From contig NZ_CP135918.1 in assembly GCF_032393985.1 (NCBI RefSeq), forward strand, positions 4,525,724 through 4,589,723: DNA of 64,000 nt. Direction: 5' to 3'. Shown in pieces: positions 20,489 to 30,902 of this stretch. A model generated the notes under the pieces. That model ran no database searches and had not been told where the DNA came from. It saw only the letters and a program-made list of their open reading frames with translations. Numbering within the stretch: the stretch's first letter is position 1; every line of letters starts with the position of its first letter. This DNA comes from Fischerella sp. JS2. GTDB lineage: Bacteria > Cyanobacteriota > Cyanobacteriia > Cyanobacteriales > Nostocaceae. The position numbers and the translations under genes were made by a program.

Positions 20489-21370
20489 TTGACTCTGGAC
20501 TGTGTGTTACGGATTAAAGACGTGGACTTATATCAGCTATTTAAAACCCGCACACCGATTATTGGTGTAGTTCATTTACTACCATTACCTACCTCGCCCC
20601 GTTGGGGAGGTAGCCTAAAAACAGTAATTGACCGTGCTGAACAAGAAGCAACAGCTTTAGCCAGTGGCGGAGTTAACGGTATCATTGTAGAAAATTTTTT
20701 TGATGCACCGTTTAGTAAAAACCAGGTCGATGCCGCAGTTGTTAGCGCCATGACTGTAGTAGTGCAGCGGATACAGAATATGGTGACGCTGCCCATTGGC
20801 ATTAACGTTTTACGGAATGATGCCAAAAGTGCGATGGCGATCGCTAGCTGTGTGAGGGCGCAATTTATCCGTGTGAACGTCCTCACTGGAGTTATGGCAA
20901 CCGATCAAGGTTTAATTGAGGGAGAAGCCCATCAATTACTGCGCTATCGGCGCGAATTGGGTTGTGATGTCAAAATCTTCGCTGATGTCTTAGTTAAGCA
21001 CGCTCGTCCATTAAGTTCGCCAAATCTGACTGTAGCAGTGCAAGATACAATCGAACGGGGTTTGGCAGACGCCGTGATTTTGTCTGGTTGGGCTACAGGT
21101 AGTCCACCTAACCAAGAAGATTTGGAATTAGCTGCACAAGCAGCAGCAGGCACACCAGTATTTGTTGGTAGCGGGGCATCTTGGGAAAATGTTGCGACAT
21201 TGTTACAAGCAGCAGATGGAGTGATTGTCTCTAGTTCCTTAAAACGTCACGGTCGTCGCGAACAAACAATTGACCCAATTCGTGTTAGTCAATTTGTAGA
21301 GGCCGCACACCGTAGCTGGAACAACAGGGGCGATCGCAAATCTATTTCTTCTGTAAGCCTAAAATCATAA
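20489..21370 (+). CDS. btpA: BtpA/SgcQ family protein (photosystem I biogenesis BtpA-like)
   Basis: LFKTRTPIIGVVHLLPLP...GGVNGIIVENF matches the BtpA family. The true start may be the GTG at 20522, giving VDLYQLFK. Confidence 0.8.
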   Translation: MTLDCVLRIKDVDLYQLFKTRTPIIGVVHLLPLPTSPRWGGSLKTVIDRAEQEATALASGGVNGIIVENFFDAPFSKNQVDAAVVSAMTVVVQRIQNMVTLPIGINVLRNDAKSAMAIASCVRAQFIRVNVLTGVMATDQGLIEGEAHQLLRYRRELGCDVKIFADVLVKHARPLSSPNLTVAVQDTIERGLADAVILSGWATGSPPNQEDLELAAQAAAGTPVFVGSGASWENVATLLQAADGVIVSSSLKRHGRREQTIDPIRVSQFVEAAHRSWNNRGDRKSISSVSLKS

Positions 21371-21474
21371 ACAAACATGAGAGGAAGGGGTAAAGGGGAA
21401 GGGTAAAAGGATAATAATATTCGTTCCCTTTAACCTTTACCCTTTAACCTTTACCCTATTTACTGAACCTGCTT

Positions 21475-22464
21475 ATGAAACGCCGCCTTTCTTCTACCCC
21501 TTGGATTCATCGTCGATCGCGTTTGCTAATTGGTGCGATCGCTATTTTAGGTGCATTAACCACTGCTTACCTGACCATAGTTAAATTTAGCCAAAGCTCA
21601 GCTGCTTGTCCTACTAAAAGTTGCGATATTGTACTACAGAGCGATTATGCGACGGTTTTCGGACTGCCTCTGGCTTTGTTCGGTTTTTTAGCTTATGTGA
21701 GTATGGCAGTTTTTGCCTTAACCCCGTTGGCTGTCGACCCAGTTAAAAAGAAAGATTCTCGAAAAAAGCTGGAAAATTTAACTTGGTTGCTGCTGTTGAT
21801 CGGAGCGATCGCTATGTCGGTGTTCAGTGGTTTCTTGATGTACCTGCTGGTATTCAAGATTAAAGCATTATGTATCTACTGTGTTGCCTCAGCAATTTTT
21901 TCCTTAAGTATGTTAGTCCTAACTATTGTGGGTCGTGCTTGGGAAGAAATCGGGCAAATCTTTTTTACTGCCATTGTTGTCGGCATGGTAACGTTAGTTG
22001 GGACTTTAGCTATTTATGCTCCTCCACCAAATAATAATAGTGGAGTTACTATTGTTGAAAATTCCGGCAAACCAGCAATCATTAGTTTCAGACCAGTGGA
22101 AGAACCCAAACCAGGGGTTGGTTGGGAAGTTACCACTACCTCCGGCGAGGCAGAAATTGCCCTTGCACGTCACTTAAAGCAAATAGGTGCTAAAGAATAC
22201 ATTGCTTGGTGGTGTCCTCACTGCCATGAACAAAAATTACTTTTTGGTAAAGAAGCTTACAGCGAAATTGACCATATAGATTGCGTTCCTATTGATAACC
22301 CAAATGGTCTAAAAGATGAGTGTAGAGCAGCTAAAATTCAAAGCTACCCGACTTGGATTATTAATGGTAAAACCTATGCAGGAGTGCAAACTTTAGAGCA
22401 GCTAGCAAACATTAGTAATTACGCAGGCCCACGTAGTTTTAAGTATGTTTTAAAACAAGCATAA
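21475..22464 (+). CDS. Vitamin K epoxide reductase (VKOR) fused to a C-terminal thioredoxin-like domain
   Basis: VKOR TM core with paired Cys (C..C in a loop plus CIYC in the TM region) and a C-terminal WCPHC thioredoxin motif. This matches the known cyanobacterial VKOR-Trx architecture. Confidence 0.8.
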   Translation: MKRRLSSTPWIHRRSRLLIGAIAILGALTTAYLTIVKFSQSSAACPTKSCDIVLQSDYATVFGLPLALFGFLAYVSMAVFALTPLAVDPVKKKDSRKKLENLTWLLLLIGAIAMSVFSGFLMYLLVFKIKALCIYCVASAIFSLSMLVLTIVGRAWEEIGQIFFTAIVVGMVTLVGTLAIYAPPPNNNSGVTIVENSGKPAIISFRPVEEPKPGVGWEVTTTSGEAEIALARHLKQIGAKEYIAWWCPHCHEQKLLFGKEAYSEIDHIDCVPIDNPNGLKDECRAAKIQSYPTWIINGKTYAGVQTLEQLANISNYAGPRSFKYVLKQA

Positions 22465-22526
22465 ATGCTGTTCTCAGTAGATTTTACTCTAGCAATCCTA
22501 TTTGAGTTGTAAACTATTACATTGCC

Positions 22527-22568
22527 CAGATCCCCTACTTTTCTAAAAAGTTGGGGATCTTGTTTTTC
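22527..22568 (+). terminator. Rho-independent terminator after the VKOR gene
   Basis: Near-perfect 16-bp inverted repeat CAGATCCCCTACTTTTT-C-TAAAAAGTTGGGGATCT followed by TGTTTTTC. Confidence 0.55.
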
Positions 22569-22903
22569 ACAAATGATTTAGGATTGCTATAGTTATACCA
22601 ATTTTGGATTTTAGATTTTGGATTAAAACCATTGATTAATTAGCTATTCCAGGATTTTGAAACAAGACTACCGCTTAGAAATTTAGTATTAATTATCACA
22701 GGTATTACGTAAAAATTGACAAGAAGCTGAATTTATTTAAGAGTAGAACGCCAAGGGTTCGTGAGTGTCCGTCAGTCCTGGTCTATTTTGAGAATGTTTA
22801 TCGAACTCACATTTTGTTATGCATAATTTTGACTTGTCGATTGATATTTGTGTCAGTACTCTTTTGTTATTTAGTCGTAAATTAACTGCCTACACCTAAA
22901 CCC

Positions 22904-25105
22904 ATGAATAAGCAGCAAGGCAAACGTTTCGTGAGGTTAATATTCCTGTTGAAAAAATTTTTGTGTCGAGGAAACAGAGAATTTGTCACTGCCTCTAGCG
23001 TTGCCATCTGCATTTTACTATTGCGTTTTTTTGGATTATTGCAATCTTTAGAATGGGCAGCTTTAGATCAATTTTTTCAACTACGGCCTATCGAAACACC
23101 AGAAGAATCAATTACTATTGTTGCAATTGATGAGGCTTCTTTACGTGAGGTTGGTTCTTGGCCAATTCCCGATGGTGTAATTGCTGAAGTTTTACAAAAA
23201 TTACATCTCCAACAACCACGTGCTATTGGTTTAGATATTTTTCGAGATTTAAAGGTAGAACCTGGTCATAAAAATTTGTTAAATACTTACAAATCAATAC
23301 CAAACTTGATTGGGATTGAATTGCTTTCCAATAAGCAAAATAATAGTGTTGCACCACCACCAGAATTAAGTAAAGTTAAACGAGTGGGTTTTAACAACAT
23401 ACTACTAGATGCTGATGGCAAAGTACGTCGTAGCTTATTGTACTGGCATGTTGAAGACCAAGCACACGAAAGTTTTGCTTTAAAGTTGGCAAAGCTTTAT
23501 CTTCAGGCAGAAGGTATTAGAGCCAAAAAAGCTGTACAAAATCCCAAGAATTTACAGTTAGGCAAGGCTGTATTCCATCGTTTTCAACCCCATGATGGTG
23601 GCTATGTAGGGGTTGATAATAAAGGCTATCAAATATTGTCAAATTTTCCGAAATTAGCTTGTAGAAATTCATTCTCAGATATTTGTGCCTTCCGTAGGGT
23701 TTCCATGCGAGATGTGCTAACTGACCAAGTACCTCGCCAGTGGATTCACAATCGCATTGTTTTAATTGGTTCTACTGCACCTAGTCTTCAAGATATGGTG
23801 CTAATTCCCTACTCCAGTCGGTTGATGGGTACGGCAAAGCCTGTAGCAGGTGTGGAACTGCAAGCCTATTTTATCAGTGAATTTATCCGCGCTGCTCAAC
23901 AAGGAAGACCTTTACTCAAAGTCTGGCCTGACTTGATAGAAGGGTTATGGATTTGTGTTTGGGCTTATGTGGGTGCAGCAACGAGGTGGCGAGTACGGCG
24001 CTTGAACAGAAGTATCTTGAGTATCCTGTTGTTTTGCTTGGTGTTGCTTGGTAGTTCTTATATAGCTTTCTTGTTTGGTTGGTGGATACCAATGGCCCCT
24101 GCTTTACTTAGCTTTGGTGTCTCAGCAATTGTCATGACGTCGCAAATCGCGCACATGCAGGAAGAGTTAAAACGATCTAAAGAGTTCTTGCATCAAGTTA
24201 TTAATACAATTCCTGATCCAATTTTTGTTAAAAATGAAAAACATCAATGGATTGTTTTAAATGAAGCTTATTGTCAATTAATTGGTTATCCCAAGAGTTT
24301 ATTACTAGAAAAGTCAGAGTATGATTTTTTCACTGAAAAAGAAGCTGAGTTGTTTCGTCAGCAAGATGAATTGGTGTTTCGATCGCAGCAACCCCAAGAA
24401 CATGAAGAAGAATTTACTGATGCTAAGGGTAAGACTCACTTTATTTCCACTAAGCGATCGCTTCATAAAGATGGCGCCGGTAATTTCTTTTTGGTGGGGG
24501 TGATTCGTGATCTCACTGAACGTAAACTTCTAGAAGATGAACTCAAGCGCACTGCTGCTGAGTTATTCCGTTCTAACAGTGAATTAAAGCTTCAAGAAGA
24601 TCATTTACGTTATTTGGCATATCACGATCCTCTGACTGGTTTACCTAATCGGAAGTTATTTGCTGAACAACTACACGAATCTGTGGTATGGGCGCGCAAT
24701 AATAAATTGTTACTAGGACTGCTGTTTATTGATCTGGATGGCTTTAAGCAAGTCAATGATAGCCTTGGACATGAAATAGGCGACCGCCTGCTGATCACTG
24801 TTGCTCAACGCCTCAGCAATTGTTTACGAGGTAGTGACACTGTTTCTCGCTTGGGTGGCGATGAATTTACCGCAATTTTACGAGCAATCCCCAAACTAGA
24901 AGTAGCTGCTATAGTGGCTGAAAAAATTTTAGCAACCATCACCGAGCCAATTGTCTTGGATGGACACACTATAAAAATATCCGCCAGTATTGGCATTAGT
25001 GTTTATCCTCTCAATAGTCACGACTATGAAACTTTGATTAAACAAGCAGATGCTGCAATGTATCATGCTAAGCGTTTGGGAAAAAATCGTTATGAATTCA
25101 GTTAG
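22904..25105 (+). CDS. CHASE2 sensor domain - PAS - GGDEF diguanylate cyclase
   Basis: N-terminal CHASE2 with C-terminal TM helices, a PAS domain, and a GGDEF domain with an intact RLGGDEF active site. No EAL domain. Confidence 0.85.
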   Translation: MNKQQGKRFVRLIFLLKKFLCRGNREFVTASSVAICILLLRFFGLLQSLEWAALDQFFQLRPIETPEESITIVAIDEASLREVGSWPIPDGVIAEVLQKLHLQQPRAIGLDIFRDLKVEPGHKNLLNTYKSIPNLIGIELLSNKQNNSVAPPPELSKVKRVGFNNILLDADGKVRRSLLYWHVEDQAHESFALKLAKLYLQAEGIRAKKAVQNPKNLQLGKAVFHRFQPHDGGYVGVDNKGYQILSNFPKLACRNSFSDICAFRRVSMRDVLTDQVPRQWIHNRIVLIGSTAPSLQDMVLIPYSSRLMGTAKPVAGVELQAYFISEFIRAAQQGRPLLKVWPDLIEGLWICVWAYVGAATRWRVRRLNRSILSILLFCLVLLGSSYIAFLFGWWIPMAPALLSFGVSAIVMTSQIAHMQEELKRSKEFLHQVINTIPDPIFVKNEKHQWIVLNEAYCQLIGYPKSLLLEKSEYDFFTEKEAELFRQQDELVFRSQQPQEHEEEFTDAKGKTHFISTKRSLHKDGAGNFFLVGVIRDLTERKLLEDELKRTAAELFRSNSELKLQEDHLRYLAYHDPLTGLPNRKLFAEQLHESVVWARNNKLLLGLLFIDLDGFKQVNDSLGHEIGDRLLITVAQRLSNCLRGSDTVSRLGGDEFTAILRAIPKLEVAAIVAEKILATITEPIVLDGHTIKISASIGISVYPLNSHDYETLIKQADAAMYHAKRLGKNRYEFS

Positions 25106-25809
25106 TACTAGTTTGCATTAATTCGTAGTGTTTTTAAACGCAAAGAAACGCAGAGTTTGGCTAGGCTAGAGGAATTTCGTTATAAAATTGGCCCAGCTTC
25201 ACAAAGAATTGGTATAACTACTAATCACTAACAACCTTTGTAGAAAAATAACATTATTTTCTAGCAGAGCGCCGTTGAAACTATATAAGTATTTTTACAG
25301 TGAGTGAATTTCCTGTTATTAGCATAGTCATTTACTTTAATGTTCAGTATATCTACTGGAATATTAATAAGTAAATAATGTTTTTTTGTAAATTTTTCCG
25401 GATGAAAAACAGTCATACCAACAATTTTACTTATAAATTAAAGTCTTGTCCCATATGCATTTGAGTACAAATTTAAGGTTCATAAGTATTTGTGATTTTC
25501 CTAATATAGTACTTACTCGTAAGATTATTAATAAATTATTAAAATTAGTTAAAGTATCTAATGTGATTGTGGTATTTATGGTTAAAGTACTACTTTGGAT
25601 AGATGTAAATGCCATGAGAGTAATAGAAAGTAAACAAAAAGAAGGTAAGTGTCTATACGATAAAAAGTTTACATCCGAGCTTGATTAATAAAAAATTTGT
25701 GCTTTTCACTCAGTGATTATGCGGATAAAAATTTAAACTTTTTCCGAAGTTTTAAGAAAACTTAGATTTTCAAAGCAAAAGATTGTTAATTAAATAAAAA
25801 CCAAGGGTT

Positions 25810-26079
25810 ATGAAGACTAGCTTGAGAACTACTAGCGTTGTCTTGTTTTTTATCGGAGTCGCTCTGATAATTCTCAAAATGGCTGATAGCACTTGGATAT
25901 TTACTGATGCGACTGTTAATCATCAGAGTAGTGATCGGGCCACAAGTAATTTGATCAGTCTGAAGGTTGATTCTCAAAGTTCAAAGCGTAAAACTACAAA
26001 TGTTCAATCGAGTAGCGACTATGAACCACCAAATTATGGCGGTCCCGATAGTCCTTCTTATGGTAGTGGGACTCGATGA
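25810..26079 (+). CDS. Possible small secreted or membrane peptide (89 aa) in the AT-rich islet
   Basis: N-terminal hydrophobic segment (VVLFFIGVALIIL), then a Ser/Thr-rich region and a Gly/Pro/Tyr-rich C-terminus. There is no homology call, it overlaps other small ORFs, and its coding status is uncertain. Confidence 0.25.
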   Translation: MKTSLRTTSVVLFFIGVALIILKMADSTWIFTDATVNHQSSDRATSNLISLKVDSQSSKRKTTNVQSSSDYEPPNYGGPDSPSYGSGTR

Positions 26080-26166
26080 TGGTGATTGGGAGTTGGGAAG
26101 CAATGAGTCCCCCAATTCCCTTAATTTGCGTTACTCTGAGTGCAGATATAAAAAAACTTAAGCTCA

Positions 26167-26613
26167 ATGTCTGCAATGGAAGTTTTTGAACAATCAATAG
26201 ATATTAATGCTCCAGCCGCAGTTGTGGAACGCTGTATTAGCGATCGCATTTTAATGCACCGTTGGCTTAATCCTGTATTGCGCTGCGAACCTGTAGGTGA
26301 ATGGAGTACCGATGTTGGTAGTCACAGTCGCTTTGTAATTCAAATACCTATAATTAAACCGACATTAAATAGTACCGTTGTAGAAAGAAAACCAGGTTTG
26401 ATTGTTTGGGGGTTCGAGGGTTTTTTTAAAGGACGCGATCGCTGGGAATGTCAACCACAAGCGAAAGGAACACGCCTACTCAATCGCTTTGAATTTGAGA
26501 TACCCAATTCTTTGGTGAGTTGGGGTTTTAAAACCTTTGCCGAAAATTGGACAAAAGAAGACATGCAAGCCCAACTACGTCGACTTAAGCTTGTAGCGGA
26601 GGAGATGCAGTAG
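26167..26613 (+). CDS. SRPBCC (START/Bet v1-like, polyketide cyclase/dehydrase family) protein
   Basis: 148 aa. The opening FEQSIDINAPAAVVERCISD matches the SRPBCC PF10604-like pattern. Confidence 0.65.
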   Translation: MSAMEVFEQSIDINAPAAVVERCISDRILMHRWLNPVLRCEPVGEWSTDVGSHSRFVIQIPIIKPTLNSTVVERKPGLIVWGFEGFFKGRDRWECQPQAKGTRLLNRFEFEIPNSLVSWGFKTFAENWTKEDMQAQLRRLKLVAEEMQ

Positions 26614-26627
26614 GAGTGAGAGTGTGG

Positions 26628-26690
26628 GGAGAGGGGGGGTGTGTAGACACGCTCATAGGCTTAAGGTAAGGGTGGAGTTGTGAACAACTA
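26628..26690. repeat. Dispersed ~60-nt repeat family (core GTGTAGACACGCTCATAGGCTT..GGTA.GGGTGGAGT)
   Basis: Related copies at 3440-3500 (inverted), 35336-35450 (with a 44-nt internal insertion) and 54874-54945. Confidence 0.75.
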
Positions 26691-26726
26691 ACCACTAACC
26701 ACTAACTACTAACTACTAACTACTAA

Positions 26727-26755
26727 TGTACAGACGCGATTAATCGCGTCTCTAC
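26727..26755. repeat. Small dispersed hairpin repeat (TGTACAGACGCGA-loop-TCGCGTCT) embedded in an ACTAACT heptamer tract
   Basis: Same element at 42677-42706, 43690-43721, 52369-52400 and 57671-57702. Inverted-orientation copies at 40896-40924 and 53847-53877. Confidence 0.8.
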
Positions 26756-26797
26756 CCACTAACTACTGACTACTAACTATTGACTATTGACGATTGA

Positions 26798-27619
26798 CTA
26801 TCCTCTACCAAGTTGAGTCAGTAATCGCCGAATCATGTAGGCGTCTTGGGCTTCTGGGGTCTTAACTAAGTAAGTTTCTAGGTCATTGGCTGCTTGGGAA
26901 AAGCGACCGAGTTGATAACATAAAAGACCGCGATCGCGCACTTCTAAGGCGAAACCAGGAAATAATAATAAAATTCTTTCTACTGCTGCTAAGGCTTTTT
27001 CTAATTCCTGTTTATTCAAGTAGATATATTTGAGGTTTGTTAATATTCTTGCCAGAATTTGTTTGTTTGTTACTGCTGCTAAAAATTCTGGTTGCAGAGT
27101 CACGGGATGCTGATATATTTGAGTCAATTTTTCTTGACAATCTTGCGGAAATAATATCTCACCTTGATTGAAAGTATCCACAAAAATCTCAATATCACAA
27201 ATGTCAGGACGAATTAGAAAATGCCCTGGCATTCCTATACCTACCATCGCAAAATCAATCCGTCGGGCAATTTCTAGATATATTAGCGCTAACGTAATTG
27301 GAATCCCCACGCGACGATCAATCACATCATTCAAATAGCTGTTGCGAGGGTCATAATATTCTTGTTTATTTCCTGCAAATCCTAAATCGTTATAGAGATA
27401 TTGATTAATAGTCTGGATGATTCGCAAAGGATAACGTTCTGCTGGCAACCGTTCTTCTAATTCTGCTGCCATTATATCTAGACTATTAATATATTCTTCT
27501 GGATCAAGGTCAGGATATTCTTCTTGAGCAATATATAAAGCTGCTCTTGCTAAATCTATATACTCATCAGGCTGCTGAATTTCCTGGTAAAAATATTGCC
27601 GCGCTGACGAGATATTCAT
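26798..27619 (-). CDS. Transglutaminase-like/TPR protein (SirB1/YchA-like, UPF0162)
   Basis: The N-terminal transglutaminase-core2-like region (GIPITLALIYLEIARRI...GMPGHFL) and C-terminal TPR-like helices match the SirB1 N-terminal-domain family. Confidence 0.6.
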   Translation of the reverse strand: MNISSARQYFYQEIQQPDEYIDLARAALYIAQEEYPDLDPEEYINSLDIMAAELEERLPAERYPLRIIQTINQYLYNDLGFAGNKQEYYDPRNSYLNDVIDRRVGIPITLALIYLEIARRIDFAMVGIGMPGHFLIRPDICDIEIFVDTFNQGEILFPQDCQEKLTQIYQHPVTLQPEFLAAVTNKQILARILTNLKYIYLNKQELEKALAAVERILLLFPGFALEVRDRGLLCYQLGRFSQAANDLETYLVKTPEAQDAYMIRRLLTQLGRG

Positions 27620-28171
27620 AAGCTTATGCCGAGTATAGGTTTACAGTTCAGATTGAATATTGTGAAGTGGTGGTGATACCTATATTTAATATTAAAGATA
27701 TTGGTTAGATTTGCAAATATTTTGATACAGAAAAATAAATAATAAGTATCTATCTAAGGTATGAAGCTCATAAACAAAATAGAAGAAAAGATTCAAAGTT
27801 AATGCGGCTTTAGGCAAAGCTAACCCAACCTGAAAAAGGAGAAAGATCAGTTTCAGAAAAAACTATAGAAAATATAATCTATATAGAATTGATGCGTCTA
27901 GGTGGACGCTACGGGGCTATATATGTTCTCCAGTCTGCGGAGGGTAATCGCTTGATGGCTATGCGATGAAATTTTGATATTGAAGAAACGTTACTTTATT
28001 ATCAGCTGATTTTTTTACTTGAGTTTACGAAATAGGATTAAAACCATGTGTATTTCATTAATAGTGAAATGGCATGGCTTTGCTCTCTCTGCTGGTCTGT
28101 GGGGAGGGCTGTTTTTTTGAAGCAGGAGAAGGCGAAAACATCAATACCCCAACGTGTATAAAGCTAAACTT

Positions 28172-28599
28172 CCCAATCAGGCACAGAGATTCGATCTACT
28201 TCTTTAATTGGTCTTAAAGATTATACCCAATCAGGCACAGAGATTCGATCTACTTCTTTAATTGGTCTTAAAGATTATAAAAGAGCGATCGCTGATTTAG
28301 AGGCTATTAGACTCCAACCTAACAATGCTCTTGCTTACTCCAGACGGAGTTGTGCCCATAGACAACTCCAGGAGTATAAAAAAGCAGCTCTGGATTACAA
28401 TGTGGCGATACAGCAAATTTTTAGGATAAAACCTCACAAATCAATTGTGAAAATTTCTCCCTCAGTCTCTTATTCCTATCTTCAACGCCCCTACTCCAAT
28501 CCTAGCCTGAGTGCTTCATTCAAGAACCCAAGCTTGATAATGAATTTATGCCAAATTCTGGGGTCGTTCAGTGCTACTCTTGAAAATGACATAGCTTAA
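28172..28599 (+). pseudogene. Decayed TPR-repeat protein remnant carrying a 54-bp tandem duplication
   Basis: Frame 3 translates as ...LIGLKDY(K/T)...RAIADLEAIRLQPNNALAYSRRSCAHRQLQEYKKAALDYNVAIQ, which has TPR consensus spacing. There is no start codon. The 54-bp unit at 28172-28225 is repeated exactly at 28226-28279. Confidence 0.35.
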
Positions 28600-28626
28600 T
28601 CTTAAGTCTCTTACGACCCTATCTGA

Positions 28627-30102
<1,476 letters not shown>

Positions 30103-30192
30103 TTAGTTAGTGGTTGTTGGTTAGTGGTTAGTGGTAACAGCTACTAACTACTAACTACTAACCACTAACTACTAACTACTAACAAAGGACAT

Positions 30193-30606
30193 ATGCCATT
30201 AACCGTTCGTGTAATTTCCCCAGACAAAACAATCTGGGATGCTCCTGCTGAAGAAGTGATTTTACCTAGTACCACTGGTCAGCTTGGTATCCTCACTGGA
30301 CACGCACCATTATTGACTGCCTTGGATACTGGTGTGATGCGAGTACGTCCTAGTAAAAATCAAGGCTGGACACCCATTGCGCTTCTAGGTGGATTTGCTG
30401 AAGTTGAAGAAGATGAAGTAACCATTTTGGTTAACGGTGCTGAACGTGGTGACAGCATTGATCTTGAAGAGGCTCGTGCTGCTTTTAACGAAGCACAAAC
30501 CCGTTTAGGTCAAGTGAAAGAAGGCGATCGCCAAGGTCAAATCCAAGCCAATCAAGCTTTTAAACGCGCCCGCGCTCGTTTTCAAGCTGCTGGTGGCATG
30601 GTATAA
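30193..30606 (+). CDS. atpC: F0F1 ATP synthase subunit epsilon
   Basis: 137 aa directly downstream of atpD, the usual cyanobacterial atpD-atpC (atpBE) operon arrangement. N-terminal beta-sandwich motifs are present. Confidence 0.93.
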   Translation: MPLTVRVISPDKTIWDAPAEEVILPSTTGQLGILTGHAPLLTALDTGVMRVRPSKNQGWTPIALLGGFAEVEEDEVTILVNGAERGDSIDLEEARAAFNEAQTRLGQVKEGDRQGQIQANQAFKRARARFQAAGGMV

Positions 30607-30607
30607 T

Positions 30608-30643
30608 TAAAAACCCGGTTTCTGTAAAGAACCGGGTTTACGC
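30608..30643 (+). terminator. Intrinsic terminator of the atpD-atpC operon (A-tract, hairpin, short U-tract; potentially bidirectional)
   Basis: AAAAACCCGGTT-TCTGTAAAG-AACCGGGTTT directly after the atpC stop. Confidence 0.6.
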
Positions 30644-30902
30644 TATAAATTTGCAGATATTTATGTATATAGTTTTGGAATGATTCGCAAGGGTACGGTG
30701 TAGCAAAACCTTTAATCTTCTTTCTAGAAACCGGGTTTTTAGATATTGACCATCGTGCAAAATGATGCACACCGAGAAATTTTGCGTGTACTTTTAGTTA
30801 TTGGTAAACTTTTATCAAAATAAGAACAAGTTTAAGAAATTAGGGGAAGTCTAAATGGAGTGATAACTTAGATAATTAGTTGCCCAAAGGGGCAAATATT
30901 AT

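Noticed and set aside
25395-25400. TCCGGA (DIF1-like heterocyst promoter motif) in the AT-rich islet
   Set aside because: A palindromic 6-mer is expected about 15 times by chance in 64 kb, and no well-spaced -10 element was found.
27660-28170. Candidate tmRNA or other housekeeping RNA in the long atpD upstream region
   Set aside because: No tag-peptide reading frame and no conserved tmRNA, RNase P or 6S motifs were recognised by eye.
30582-30770. 62-aa ORF (-) between atpC and the flotillin gene
   Set aside because: It spans the terminator and the inverted-repeat region and has no coding signal.
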